DNA from: Camelus ferus
Taxonomy: Eukaryota
NCBI RefSeq assembly: GCF_009834535.1
Contig: NC_045697.1
Coordinates: forward strand, 74,588,001-74,652,000
Reading direction: 5' to 3'
Length of the DNA stretch: 64,000 nucleotides
Position numbers and translations under genes: made by a program. Positions 12,937-27,042 of the stretch are shown in pieces; position 1 is the first letter of the stretch; every line of letters begins with the position of its first letter. The notes below the pieces were generated by a model. That model was given only the letters and a program-made list of their open reading frames with translations. It made no database searches and had not been told where the DNA came from.

Positions 12937-15900
12937 ACAGAATGGGGGGAGGGTAAGAAAGAGAGATGAAATCTTAATACAAAAAAATTAGCCTAAGGCC
13001 ATTCGGAAATTAAGGATTCCAAAATATATTCATAGTATCTGGGTATAAATGAGTCCAGCAGTGCTGCTTTCAGGAGATACATGATAGATCTGACAGTTTT
13101 TTGAAGCTTTTGAGGATTTTTCTCAGGGACAGGATATGTCTATAGTATTGGTTCTTGGAGTCTATTTAAGATCTCTTCACTTCGGAAGCAAAGTACCATT
13201 CGTTAAATATCTACTTTAGAATTCCAGAAGTTAAAATAAGGCATCACAGAAAGTGACACACATTGCATACATTTCTGTTAGAGAGAGATCTACCTTTCAA
13301 GCAAAAACATTTAAAAAGACTTAAATTTTACTGAATAATTGAAACTGGAACACCAACTGGAATACTAAGGATAATCTTCCAAAAGAAAGATGGAAATACA
13401 AACCAGAAAGTATGAAAAGCAAAAGTAGGCATGCTTATAAGGCAGGGACCATCACAGGGTTAATCACGTATTAAACATGTTTCAACATAATGAAAATACA
13501 CTTTCTTGAGGACAACTTATGAAAGCAAAATCCTACTCAAAGATTTTTCTAAGTGACATTTCATGTTTCTAGGAGAGAGGCTGGGTCAATATAAAAATGC
13601 TGATGATAATCCAGAGTCAGGTACATCAATAGCTTAAGTTTCTTATATTTCTTTTTTATCTCCCATGACAAGTATAACAGGGCCCTGACCAGAGAAGGAA
13701 ATGAAATGTTTGATAAATATACGCATAGGGTCTACCAAGCTGAAGTATTGAGAACTGCAGGTGGAGACAGAAACTGGTGTTAGGGAGAAATCATGACTAG
13801 AGGAACATATTTTTTAAATTATCAGCATAAAAACTGCAGTTTAAATCATGAGATGAATAAATTTTTGAAGAAAAAGGGGAAAATGGCAGGAAAAAGCCTT
13901 AATTTTGGTATGTACATCTATATACTGCTGAGAAAATCTTAAAATTATATAAAATATTAATAAGGCTTGGAATACATGAAGTTGAGTTTTTTTTAGGGTA
14001 ATATCCATCATTCTTATTTTCCCACACGTCTACAGTAAATAAACTCCGCTTTCTTAGCACTAGATATTTCTAGCTCATGTATGAGGAGGGACAGGCTTTT
14101 GTAAATGGCACAGGCAGACATTAACTACCATTCTCAAAGGAATTTTAACAAAGGAAAACTACCCTCAGAAAATTTATCAATCTACAAAGACATTTTTATC
14201 CATATATTTAAAACAATAAATACTTTCAGTGGCAGTATAGTGTTTCTATTTCTTTCTCTTGTTTTTAGAGAATTAGGGAGAAGTTACCATTTCTATGATA
14301 GAGAAATATAGCATCTGAAATAGAGTTTGAAATAAAATTGTCATGCTCTGGAAGCTGTATAATATATTCTCACACTACAGAGAATATTTTTCTCCTTCAA
14401 ATAAAAGAGAGATAATGTATCTGAATATGAAACACTTAGAAGTGGAGATAGAATTTTTTCAGTGATTAGAAATTTTATGCTAAAATTTTCACAGATGTGC
14501 TTCCTGAAAAATTGTGTGTAAGCTAAATTTCTGTAAAGAGAGTAATTTTCTCTTTGATATACAATGTCATTTCGGCCTCAGTTTTCTCATGTATAAAATG
14601 AAGGGGCAAGAGCAGATATCTTATGTTTGTCTTAGCTCTAGAATTCTATGACATTTTTTTCTGATTGACTTTCAACTGTTAATAGGTCACAAAACTCTTG
14701 CTTACTTCTTGGGACAAAGATTAAAAGCCTGCACATAATACTTAATGACATCAAAGGAGTTTCTACTTAAAGAGATTCAGAAGTGATTCGAACTGTGAGG
14801 CTTAGTAAAGTGTTGTCCATAAAGCATGACATGCTTGTATAAACTTTTATCAATAAGAACTTAAGCATTTCGAAGACAAGTAGCTGGGAAATACTTCATG
14901 GTTTAAACTGGTTGACGTGAAGGCAGAAAAGATGGAAGCAATAAGTGAACACGTCTCATATCAGTGATTTAAGGGGCAGAAACAGGGTTAACATGACAAT
15001 GTGTGTGGGGAGTGGTGGTGCTGGTGCCACTGTGTATATATTTTCTAAAAGCTTCTGTAAATAATTTCCAAAATAAAACCAGAACTTAAACTTCCTAGGC
15101 TGAGGTAAACAAGGTGAAAAAGTTAAACGTGAGAGCAACTGCCCTCAGCTGAGCTTCTAAAGGTAGACCTTGTGATACCCTCCACTGGAATGTGACAGAG
15201 ATGTTATTCCACATAGAACTTCATGGTCAGCTTTCAATGGCAGCAGAGATTCAGGGAGTAGAGGCAGCTGGTGACTAAGAGTCACAGTATTTTAGTCAAC
15301 TGATATTTTCATCTCAAAGCCTACATTTTCAAGGTACAACCTTTCCTTGAGTTGAGTTACTGACTTCATTACCCTTCTCTCTCACTCCTATACTTTTCCT
15401 TTTACATGGAAGTGATTAGCACTACCATTTTTGCTCATGTGTTCCTTGTCACTTGGGAAATCCCCCCATCACTCCCCTCACTGTGTAACTAAAGAATGTC
15501 AAGTAAATGACCAAAATACTCTAGCTGGAAGCTTCAGTAAAGCCCTGTGGAAAAGTCTACAGATCTACCTCTCATCCTTATTGCTGTGCCAAGGACAAGG
15601 TTGGTGAGATCTCTAACATGTGTGTGGTACTGTTATTACTATGATTAATATCTGGTGGAATTTCCAGCTAACAGCATGTATCAGCCAACCATTTTTATTT
15701 TAATATAACTGAGATGTCCCAAGTGAAAGGAAATTTAAAATTTTAGTTATGCAGATAGAAGACTGTTTAAAATTGATGAAGGAAGGATACTCACGTGTCT
15801 CTAATCTCTAGTCATTTATTTTAATACACTACAAACCATTCCAGACAATTCTTATGAGAATATAGATATTGAAGTTGCAATGATCATAATGTATTCAGCT

Positions 15901-17289
15901 GTATTCCAAACTTCCTTTACATAAATAAAGAGATTGTAATTTTAATGAGATCAGAAAGATTACGTACATGTCACAACTAGGCTAAAGGCAGATATTACCG
16001 AGATATGCTTTAGTTTTATAATATTATTATGCAATATGAACTGATAAATATGAATGGGTCCTTTCTGTAATGTTAAATTGGCTAATACACATTTAAAAAT
16101 ATTTACCTGTTGAAAATAAGTATTTCAGGGGAAAACTAATTTATTTTTCAATTCTTTTAAGATCTGACTAAAGTTCTAAGTTCTGAAACAAAAATTGGGG
16201 ATGAAAAAATATAGAATTTTTATAAGAAAATCTAATAAATTAGCTTATATACAAAAAGTTCAAGTGTAACAGCAATTACAACTAAAATCAGCAGCTATAA
16301 TGCCATAGATGAATTACTGCAAAATTTATTCTAGATATATTGTATTTTAAAGTTGTTAAATTTTAAAAAAGTGTTCATATTCTCCTTTTGACTTAATATA
16401 ACTTAATATGCAATAAAAAGTAATCTAAGAAAAGGAAAAATATTTGATAAAGGATTTACTGGCCATATTCCTTGTGGTGAAATAAATCTTTAAAATACTA
16501 CAGTAGCTATAAAATATACAGATATATTTCAACTATTATATACTGCATTAAAATTTTTAAATTTTCTTTGGCACTTCTGGTCATATTGCCATAAATTTAA
16601 ATGTGTTCAAAAATTCTTTTTTAGAAAAAACATAAAATAGATATTCTATTGCAAAACCAGATTGGTTAAAACACAAGAGGTTACTTTAATTGAAATGATA
16701 ATAATGCTATAAATGGTAAGAATACCATAAATAATCAAGAATTAACCAATGTATGACAAATGAATTAAAAAGCCACAAGTTGGTACTAGCCTCTCAGGGA
16801 AGGTAATTTATAATTATTTGCTCTTATATATTACTATAAATAATTATCTCCTTCCCAATCAATCAACATGCGAAGAATTTCTTGGTATTTTAAATTTAAC
16901 TAAAACTTATTCTTTAACTTTGGCTGATAAATTTTTAGTAAGGTTTCATTGCTCTTGAAGTCTAGTCAGTTTTTTATTCTAACTCTCTCAAAATCATATA
17001 GTTATCCATTCCATGATGTCCTGGAATATTTTCATCCAATGGTGAGGAAGGACTTTAAATATAACTCTGGCTTAAAGTAAAAGTTTGGCAGTTTCTGATA
17101 GGACTGATACAGTCTATATAAATAGAAATTAGGACAGAGCCTGGATTTAGAGCTGGCTCAAAAAGCTGAAACATAATAAAAAGACAAAGCTTGGAAGTCA
17201 ACAATAGTCATGGCTTGTATTCACTTCCTACTGACTATCAGAACAACACGTTCAAAGATACTTGAGAAAAGTCTTAAGAAGTCAGAATG

Positions 17290-18285
17290 CATGGCTCTTT
17301 CATAACATGATAAAATTTATCTCTCAAGCCAAACTGAGCAAGCAAAATGTCAGAAACACTGTCATTAAATCCAAGTGTATGATAAAGATGTCCACCTTTA
17401 CCACTGTTATTTAACACTGTTCTGGAGAATTAGGTGAAGTAACCAATTAATAGAAAGATACAAGATGTATAGAATTGGAAAAGAAGCAAAATTATAATTT
17501 TCAGATGATACATAACTGGAAAACCTGAAGCAAGTGAAAAACTATTACAAACAATGAGAGAACATTAATGTTGCAGATAAATTATAGTAATGCTTATGAC
17601 AGTGAAAACTTTATAGATTGTTTATTATGTGCCAGCAGTGTTCTGCATATATTAGCTAATTTAATATAATAATCCTATAAAGTATAAATATTATTATCTA
17701 TATTTTATGGACAATAAGAAAACATGTCACATAGCTGGGGTGGCACAGCAGGGGTTCAAAAATTCCCAGTCTACATTCTTTACCACTACACCAAACAGTC
17801 TGTAAAACCAACAATTTTTCTGTATATATAACCAGCTAGAAAATATAATAAAATATCCAAATAATAATGACAACAGAAAGGTTAAAATAGGAATAATCCT
17901 AATAAGAAATATGTGAGAAAATTTTAAAATGCCATAGAGGAACTAAAAAGACATGAACAAATGGAAAGGCATACCCTATTTTTAGAAAAAATAAAATTCA
18001 ATACTGTGTATCAATTTTCTCTACTTGTTTATACATGTAATTTAATCACAATATAAATGACAAAATGATTTTTTTTTTCAGGGGAGGAAGGAAAAAGACA
18101 AGCAATTCTATAAATCACATAGAAACATAGTGCCAAATGTACGATATAATTATAATTTTAATAACCTCTTGGTACTGGAAAAGAAATAAACAGATCCATT
18201 AACTGAAAAAAAGGATTCAGAAATGGATATAAATACATGTGGGAATCTAGTTTATCAAAAGTGAGTATTTGAATCAGTGGGACCA
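17290..18285 (+). mobile_element. Old L1M ORF2 remnant interrupted by a minus-strand MIR (about 17585-17800)
   Basis: aagatgtccacctttaccactgttatttaacactgttctgga, aattggaaaagaag, gacatgaacaaatggaaaggcatacc. Confidence 0.65.
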
Positions 18286-21239
18286 TTTAATTTATTCAAG
18301 AAAACAAATATCTTATTAATCTTAAACTAATTCAAATATCCATTTGACAAGCACAAAATTTAAAAATCTATTAATTAAATCAAGCCTGTCCAGACTCTAT
18401 TGTTTACTCTTTGCTGTCTGTTTTACTTAATTTCTGTAGGATTTTGGAACAATAATTTATAATTCAGATAGATGTATTTTGGAATAATTCTAGTTTAGTT
18501 GCTCATTTTGGCTTTGCAGGGAATGAAAAGAAACAACCTTTAGCAATGATTCTCTAGCAGATATGAGAATGCTACAGATAAAAGCTGCCTTTTCTTTTTT
18601 CATTATGCACCTTTATTTGTTAAATTCTGTGTTAGCATCTGTACAAATCATGTTAACAAGTTAATTTTTTAGCTAGGTTTATTTCTCATACAACAGGGCT
18701 TGTTTATTTATTTTGCTTATTTTCTAGGAAATCCTGGGAGAATGGCTGAAAAAAGCAGGACAGTAATATCCTAGGATTGTGAAAGTCATTAGACTCACGG
18801 AATCTTGTATATAACAAGTGTGTCGGTTGTTGCTAGCTTTTCTGTAGAATCGTGCCAGAATCCATTTCTCTTTAAATGCCATGGAATGTCATTGATATAT
18901 GAAATGACACCTCTGGCCTTTGAGGTTGCATAAGGAGGATCTCAGTGCAAGAGCTCAGATATTCATTAGCAAGTTGGAATTGGGCTATCTGTGCCCATCA
19001 CTCTTTATGAAGACAGTATATTCTATAGACTCACTCTTGGAAAAACACTGCTATAGGAGATATCTCAGATCAATACTGAATTAAATCAGACTGCAAATAA
19101 ATAAAAACTGTCACCAGCATAACTTTCCTATCAAGTGCAATGCAGATATGCTAATACTGTGTCCAAGCCTCGCCCTGTTGCCTGTAAGGAAGTGTTCCCT
19201 GTCTCAGATCAGTTCAGCTGCTAGCTTGGGCCAGTACTAAGTAGGATACTCCACCCTAAATCAGGACAATTGTTATTGCCACCAAAGATGACAGTAATCC
19301 CTATTTACTTTCTTCTTCTGTTTTTTTCATCAAGAATTCCATCCCTAACACCCTCCTACCCTCAAACTTCTAAACATCTCTCTTCCTTCCCAAAACCCCT
19401 CCCCCACCAAAAAAAAAAAAAAAATCTTCCTCAACACAACACACTCTAGAAATCTAGTACTCTTTCAGTCATTATTTGATTCTTGTCTGGCTCTGGGCAT
19501 TTTTTCTGCCCTTATTTCACTAGTATTTAGAGGGCACTGTCCTATTTAGAACAGACTGTGCACACTGAAATACCTATATTCAGAAAAGTGGCATTTACTA
19601 ACTTGATGATTTTGCATGAGAAGACCCAGGGATTTCTGTAACTCAGAGGAAGAAGCATCTTTAATATGCAACTATGAATTTTGATTTCTCAGGATAACTT
19701 CACAAAAAAAGGATTACAGTAAATAATTAAAAATATAGTGATGAGATATGTAATATGTAAATGTTGAAAGCTTCAGACTGCTGCAGTGAAACAATTAGAT
19801 TTTTAAAATGTGAAAAAATAATAAAGAGTCAGTGAGAAAAAGCAGTGATAAACACGCATCACTAGTTTACATATTCTTAACCTGGAAATAAATAATTACC
19901 CATGAGTTATTTTGTTACAGTTATTTATACTCTGTTTCACTCCACAAGGAATTTGAAATTTTGGTTCAGCTTACCCTTCCAAAAAATCTAATACATGATT
20001 TTATCCCTTCTTGATACATTTTTTCCATCTGCCAAAATAGTTTTCTGGTATGTTGAATTAAATTACACCCAAAATTTGGAACTGATACACTGTGGGAAAG
20101 GAAGTTTATATAAAATGGTAACAATTTTGCTAACTCTGGACTTGAGGGGCTCTGTTTTAACTAACATTTGAGACTGAAAAATGAACAGTATGGTTGTAAT
20201 GGCAGTGAGGCTTGGGCATTGCTCGTCATGCCCCTCATCTGAACTGAAGATACATTCCCAGCCACCTTTTCTCACACACCCTTACTTAGCAAGGTACTTT
20301 GAAAAGATGCAGTCCACACTAGTATGAAATGAGGACTGTGGAACCCTCTCTGTAACTATAAAGCTCTTAACAATATTAAATTATCAAGTGTTTGGCATTT
20401 AGTGGGTGTGGAACAAATGTTCTCTAAATGAATAAAACAGTCAGAATTCTCTTAAAAGTAAAATTAAGTTTGTTTTTTTTTAAAGCATTGTTTTTCTCTT
20501 GGTTTTTCCTTAATCCCCACCAATATTTTGCTTCTTTACACCTCTCCTCTTGAAGCAAATTCTTCACATTTTCAAGTTTTCAGGAAGGAGAACAGTTCGT
20601 CACTTTCAATTCCTGATGATTTCCATCTTAGGTAACAATTATGTTTATACTCATACATACTCATACATTAATACCCTGTAATTATTACCTGAATCACTAC
20701 ATATATCCTGAGTTGATTCAATAAGGTTAGTTTTTGACTAATTTTAAGAGAGAAAATATAAAGTGTTAGTAGGGAATATAAGTTTTCTGAGTCCTGGATG
20801 AATTTCTCACTCTAGTTTATTTCCACAGGAAAAGCCTTTGGAATTCCAGTGCTGTAGGTCAGTACCACTGATTAAAAACTGCTCTCACAAAGATGAACAA
20901 AAAGGGGAGGGGAATACAGGGAGAGGAAGACTTGTAAGAGGGCTGGCCGTTGGCAGTAAAGACAAGAGGAGAGACTCAGAGAGTGAGCGGGATAAAACTA
21001 ACTGCTGAGGAGTGAAAACAGCTGGTGGTTTTCGTGCAAGAAAGGAAAGTCAACTTGCCAAAAAAGGGTAGACTTACATAACTATAAAACAAGTAGATTA
21101 GTATAAAAAAATACAAAAAACAACACAGAAGATAAAATAACACTGTCACCATAAACGTGAATGTCTTATCATTGTAGTTTCCTCCCCTCATGGAAAAATA
21201 GTCCTGTTTAGCTTCAAAAATATGTCTTGAGAAAACCGT

Positions 21240-21400
21240 ATGCACCTATCACATTAAGAATCATCCAAGACCTTACTAAAAATATAGATTCTAGGAGTCA
21301 ACCCTCAGAGATTGATTTAGTAGATATGGGACAGTTGTGAAGCTCCAAATATGCATTTTTAACAAGTACTAAAGAAGATTTTGAAGACCGTTCTTTAGAT
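21240..21400. mobile_element. MER5-like hAT-Charlie miniature inverted-repeat element
   Basis: cacattaagaatca...aaaaatatagattctagg...ccctcagagattgatttagtag...atgcatttttaacaag. Confidence 0.65.
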
Positions 21401-22165
21401 ACATTTTCTTATAGGGAAGAGTAAAACACTGATTAACTGGAATTAACTTTTTGTTAATTCATTAAAAAATATTTATTGATTACTAGGTACTATTTATTTA
21501 TCAATATGCCAGATACTATGATAGGTTTTGAGGATGCAGTGGAGAATAAGAGATAAATATAAATATATAATTATTAATATAATGCATGTTATGAAGGAAA
21601 AGTAGATAGAGCTGGTATGCCTGATGAATACGGAGTTGTGACTAAGCAACTGAATGATCTGTTCAACTGAGAGTTAATAGTATAACCTTATTTGTGGTAA
21701 TTACTTCATCTAAATATACATATATTGTGTATTTACACACACTATTTCTCAGGCATTGAATTAGGCCCTGGGGGTCCTTAATGTACCCATAAGCTATCAG
21801 GAAAAAATGTACGTAATTGTTTCATTTATTAAGAGGCTACAATGCATCAGGCATTAAACTAAGCAATGAGAACATAAAAATCAATAAAATGCAGATCTTA
21901 CTCTTTAGGAATTTAGTTTAATTTAAAAAATGGAAGCAGATATAGAGACCTGAAGGCAGAAGTTTGTATAGGGTATTCCTAAAATTGGGGGAAATCTAAA
22001 GCATAGAAAAATAAGAAGGAATGATACACTGATGGAAGTTGATAAGATAGACAATGGAAAGATTATGCAGAGCCTTGCAGACCATGTTAAGAATTTTTAA
22101 TTTTGTTATAAGGAAGGATAATGAGAAGATTCTTGTTAAGATTTCTAGTTGAAAAAATTATGCTA

Positions 22166-22470
22166 AAGGTGGTCCCAAATCCAATATGACTGGGGTCCTT
22201 ATAAAAAGGGGAAATTTGGACATAGACATATGCACAGAGGCGAAACAATGTGAATACATATAAAGGAAAGATGGCCATGTGACTGAAACGATGCATTTAC
22301 AAGCCAAGAACACTGGATTGCTGGCAAACACCAGAAACTAGAAGAGATAAAGGATTCTCTCTTTCAGGCATCAGAGAGAGCATGTCTCTGCCAACACCTT
22401 GATTTTGGACTTTTAGCCCCCTGAAGTGTGAAACAATAAATTATTGTTGTTTAAAGTAAAAAAAAAATTT
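22166..22470 (+). mobile_element. MLT1 (MaLR) LTR fragment ending in a poly(A) run
   Basis: aatccaatatgactggggtccttataaaaaggggaaatttggac...gccaacaccttgattttggactt...AATAAA(22435-22440), then A10 at 22458-22467. Confidence 0.85.
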
Positions 22471-22670
22471 AAAAGATTATGTTAGCTGAAGTCTGAAGAA
22501 TGGATTAAAAAGGAGTAAGAATAGATGCAGGAAACTTGCAGGAAAGCAAGTGAGAGATGATGGTGAAATTGAGTAAATGATGGCATCAGTAAAGAAGTGA
22601 ACAGGTTTGTGAATATGTTTTTTGACTGACTGAATATTGGAAGGAAAGGCAGGAATCAAAAATGAATCTA

Positions 22671-22866
22671 TAAATAACAAGTTCATACTGTATAGCACAG
22701 GGAACTATATTCAATATCTTGTAACTTATGGTGAAAAAGAATGTGAAAATGAATATATGTATCTTCATGTATGACTGAAGCATTATGCTGTACACCAGAA
22801 ATTGATACAACATTGTAAACAGACTATACTTCAATAAAAAATATATATATATATACCAAAAAAAAG
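22671..22866 (+). mobile_element. Short young L1 3' end
   Basis: actgtatagcacagggaactatattcaatatcttgta...tatacttcaataaaaaa; exact TSD aatgaatcta (22661-22670 / 22867-22876). Confidence 0.9.
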
Positions 22867-25800
22867 AATGAATCTAGATACTGACTTGAATGATAATGGT
22901 GGTTACTGGTATAGGGAATGCTAGAGGAGAAACAGCTGTAAGGGGAAAAGAAAATAAATTCAGCCTTGGACATGCTGAATTAAAGGTTGCCTGTGGAACA
23001 TCCAAGTGGAGTGTTGACCAAGCATTGGATATGGGTCTCCTAGATTAGCTAATAAGAGAAGCTTGAGCAGGAGCTAATAACTGGATGCCATGATCACTGT
23101 TTGACGCAAGTTTGCAAGACTGTCTAATATCCATACTGTGAGAGAACAGAAGGAGGCCTATACAGACCCAGAGGAATGCTATATTAATGACATGCAAGGG
23201 CAGGTGAAGACAGAGAAAGATACTGAGTGAAGATAACAGAGAGGAAAGACAAAAACGAGATTAGGACATACAAAAAAATCCAAGAAGATAATGTTTGAAA
23301 AAAAGAGATTAAGTGAGATCAGGGACTGAAAAGAGTAATTTGTGACAATTGTCAGGGTAATGGAAAAGGTAGAATACAAAATGGGAGTATAAGAATAAGA
23401 TAGGTGTCCTAAAGGGTAAGATACATACTTTCTGCGAGTGTGTGTGTGTAGATATGTACACATAATTGAATAGTTTAATAATGCTAAAAAACTATTGTAG
23501 ATTGGTAATATTCTCTATCTTTAGCTCTACACATAACTCAGACGATAATGTGATATTCTTGCAATCACTTATTTGTTTTCTAAGGATGTGGGAATATTTA
23601 TCACCAAGAATTTAAGAATTTCTCTAGGAATTTTAATGAAACTCTCAGGTATGAATAGCTAACTATTAATAACTGAATAATCTGGCAACCTCATGGTCAT
23701 ACTAAATGGATTAAAATATAGTGACAGGCTATCATAAATGACTACCAGAAGATAAATGAGAGGTACAGAAAACAATCAACTATACAAATAAACACTAAAG
23801 AATAACAAATAGTACAGGTTTCAAAAATAATACATCTTTTTATCTATTAAACTTCATTTTCCCTAATATGATGTTAATAGATACAGTTTTTTCATATATT
23901 TTTTCAGCCAGTCCCTGATGAAGTGTCAGATTCTGGCAGACTACTCAATGTCAGCTGTTTGCTTCCTTAACTTTAGAAACAAGTTCTCATTAGCTCCATC
24001 CAACTTGGAACAGTTCTTTTTGACCAACAGAAATAAAAACCTGACTTAGCCTAGAGACAGTACAAAGATATTCTCTCTCCAAGGATCAGCTCTGATTAGG
24101 AATGACTCTTCATATCAGTGCCTTTTTAACATTAGACAGACTTTCTTCAGGAGTAGTCTCTGTCCCCTCAACCAACCAAGGCATTTCTTGTCAAAGACAG
24201 AGCTTCTATTAACACCATTCTTCTCAGTATGAGGACTCATAATTAATTAAAATACAGTACCAAATGAAATGAACTTAAACTCATAGAGTTTAAGAATATG
24301 CCTCCCTGGCTTTGCTGTTTCCTTTGATCTTTTTTCTCCCTCTTCTTCTTCAGCAACTTACATAGCCTCATTTTATAAATATGAAGTCATACATTTTCCC
24401 CCCATCCCATGATGTTTACTGCAGAGTGGAATATATTTTTGAAAGCACTGAATTTATCACTTAAATGAAATGTAGTAAACGTTAAATACAACTTGCACAC
24501 ACAATACAATATCGATAGCTAGCAAGAAGAAAGGATCTCTGGTAGGCTTGGACTCTAGAACTCAAGAAAGGTACAGTCAAAGTAAAAGATAATTAAGTGT
24601 ATAATAAGAATAATTGTAGTGGGTCATTTAAAACATACTTTAAAATCTGTGTATTTAAGAAATCCTTTATTTCACTGTGAATTATTCAAAAATCCAGCTT
24701 CTTTCAATTCTTTATGTACTTAATATTCACAAAGTCACAAGCTGTGTGTTACGAAAAAATCTTAGCACCCCATACCTAACACACCAGAACATTAACAGTG
24801 GAACTGCATAGTGTTGCAAGTTCCCTTATTAGCAGAGGAAATGTGACCTACTTCAGCCTATTCCAGTGACTAGCCTCTTTACCAAAGTACAGTTATGCTT
24901 TGGAAAGAGTAGGTAAAATAAAATTAGGTGAATATGCAGTATTATTTTTATTTTCTGTAAATTTTTTTTTAGGATGGTGTTGAGATTTCTCAAGGATGTT
25001 AAAAAAAGGAATTCTTGATCTTCACTTATATAAACCCTATCAATCTTTCAAAAGCTAGCTGAAATAAAATGACTTGATAAGGGATAATCAGTCAGTATCT
25101 TATATACGTAAGGCATTATGATGAGCAATGAGAGAAATGCCCACTTTAGTTGCACTCATAGGTTCTTATGTGTAGGGTTCTTATTTTCTAGATACTCTAC
25201 AATTTTCATTCAAAATGTCTTATCTGAAGAGTTAAGAAAGAAGTTGTTTATTTTATTTTATTGATTTCTTTTTAATTTCTAGGTAGTAAGAAAATTTTGT
25301 TATTATTTATATTATTTTCCAATATGAGTGAATAATGATCTGAGAAATGGTATCTGTATTATTTCTACTTCTTAAAATTTATTGAAATCTACATATGGCC
25401 AGAACCATGGGGTTTTGTTGTTGTTATTTGTTTGTGAGGCGGTAAGACCTCCATGATCACTTGAAAAGGTTTCTTTGTGAGTACAAATGTATGACAATAT
25501 CTTAAAAATAACATCTGTCTAATAAGTATTATACACATAGAGGAACAAGAATTTCTTTTCATCATATGTAGATGGTAGTTATATGAAGACTTAACAAGAA
25601 ATGAAGGAGTCAGATCAATTCTGTAAAAACTGTGAAATAATTCTATGACATTTTGAATCTCAAAGTACTGAAGACGATATTACAAGTACAATGTAGGAGG
25701 CTCTCATTGTTATGGTACCACATACTCTAAAAAATAATCAACATCTGACAAAAAATTATGTGTAACCAAACAGAAAACAGCAAATTTAATAATAAAAAAT

Positions 25801-27017
25801 GACCTCTGGAAAACACACAGCTACCCTTATTCATTATAGTTCCATCGGATTCAAAAGACCTAATAGCTCTGACATACTTTTTCTTTAGTTATGTCTATAA
25901 ATTTCTTGGAATTGAAAATGACACATGTAATCCTATTGCTTTTTAAAGTTAATATTGAAACAGAAGCAGCAGCAATTTAAAAAAAAATTCATCCATAATT
26001 CAGTGGTAGTGATAAGGCACTGCCAGGCATCTCACTTGAAGAATTCTAAGAATTTCCCAGCATTCCCCACATGTTACCATCAAAGCAGTAAGTTATAATG
26101 CCCACTCCCCTTCCAAAAGTTCCACTTGCTGCTTAAATATTTATCTGAATAGACAGGGACATATGTGTGTGTGTGTATAATTTAAATGAATGCAACAGAG
26201 CTGTGGTAAATAATCTCAGAATGAGTGAAAAAAATCACTCAGTTTGCTTAGCTATGATTCACTCTCACTTTGGTGTACATCTTATAAGTATGGACATACT
26301 GAAATAGAGTCCAAAGAACAACTAAATAATTAAGTTTGTTCTTTTAGGATGTAGAAAGATCCTATCCTTGAGAAAGCACTGGAGGAAGAGTTGGTAAAGG
26401 ATACTGGCGATTGCACAATTATTCATTTGCCCTAGGGAGACTGTGGTGGTGAGAGGAAGAAGTTTTGTTACAAATTGAGAATCACTATACATAATTTGTA
26501 CCTCTACCAGAAAAGAAAATAATTGTTGATATTAACTTTCATAGCTTGTATCACAAAAATTTCTCCAAATATAGAAAATTATCAACCTAACACTGAGCAT
26601 GTTTTTTTGTAATCTTACATGTTCCCTTCACTGTGTGATTTTTTCTATTCCTTTCCCCATCCCAATTCCCTTATAGGCTAAGGTAATTTTCAATTGATAA
26701 CAAATGTGAATGATCCATCAAGTCTCAACCTAGTAGTTCATTTATTATCATAACTAGGAATTCTTCCCCACATCTGTTCAGCAACAGTCCATTAGTGAAG
26801 ATGACTGCCATCTGTACAGAGAACAAAACAAAAGGTAAAGAACTAGAGTCAACCTAACTTATTGGTTAACTAACTTGTTAGCTGAGGATAAATGATAGTG
26901 TTTATCTTGCAATCAACTATTATATTTAGGGCTATAGAAACCTAACTTTATTGCTGGCAAATTTTGCTCTCTAGAATTTTAAGGGGTGGTATCTTTCCCT
27001 CTTAAGAATTTGATAGC

Positions 27018-27042
27018 TTTTTTTTTTTTTTTTTTTTTTTTT
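27018..27042. repeat. T25 homopolymer
   Basis: Read directly. Confidence 0.97.

Larger units (their letters stand above)
21450..23400 (-). mobile_element. L2 remnants split by two later insertions
   Basis: Antisense L2-like motifs (attcattaaaaaatatttattga, agagccttgcagaccatgttaag, ttggacatgctgaatt...ctgtggaacatccaagtggag). Confidence 0.7.

Noticed and set aside
26396..26404. Extra GTATCCTTT copies on the minus strand (also 9415-9423 and 47328-47336)
   Set aside because: Not at any exon boundary I can support; treated as chance decoys, unlike 2414-2422
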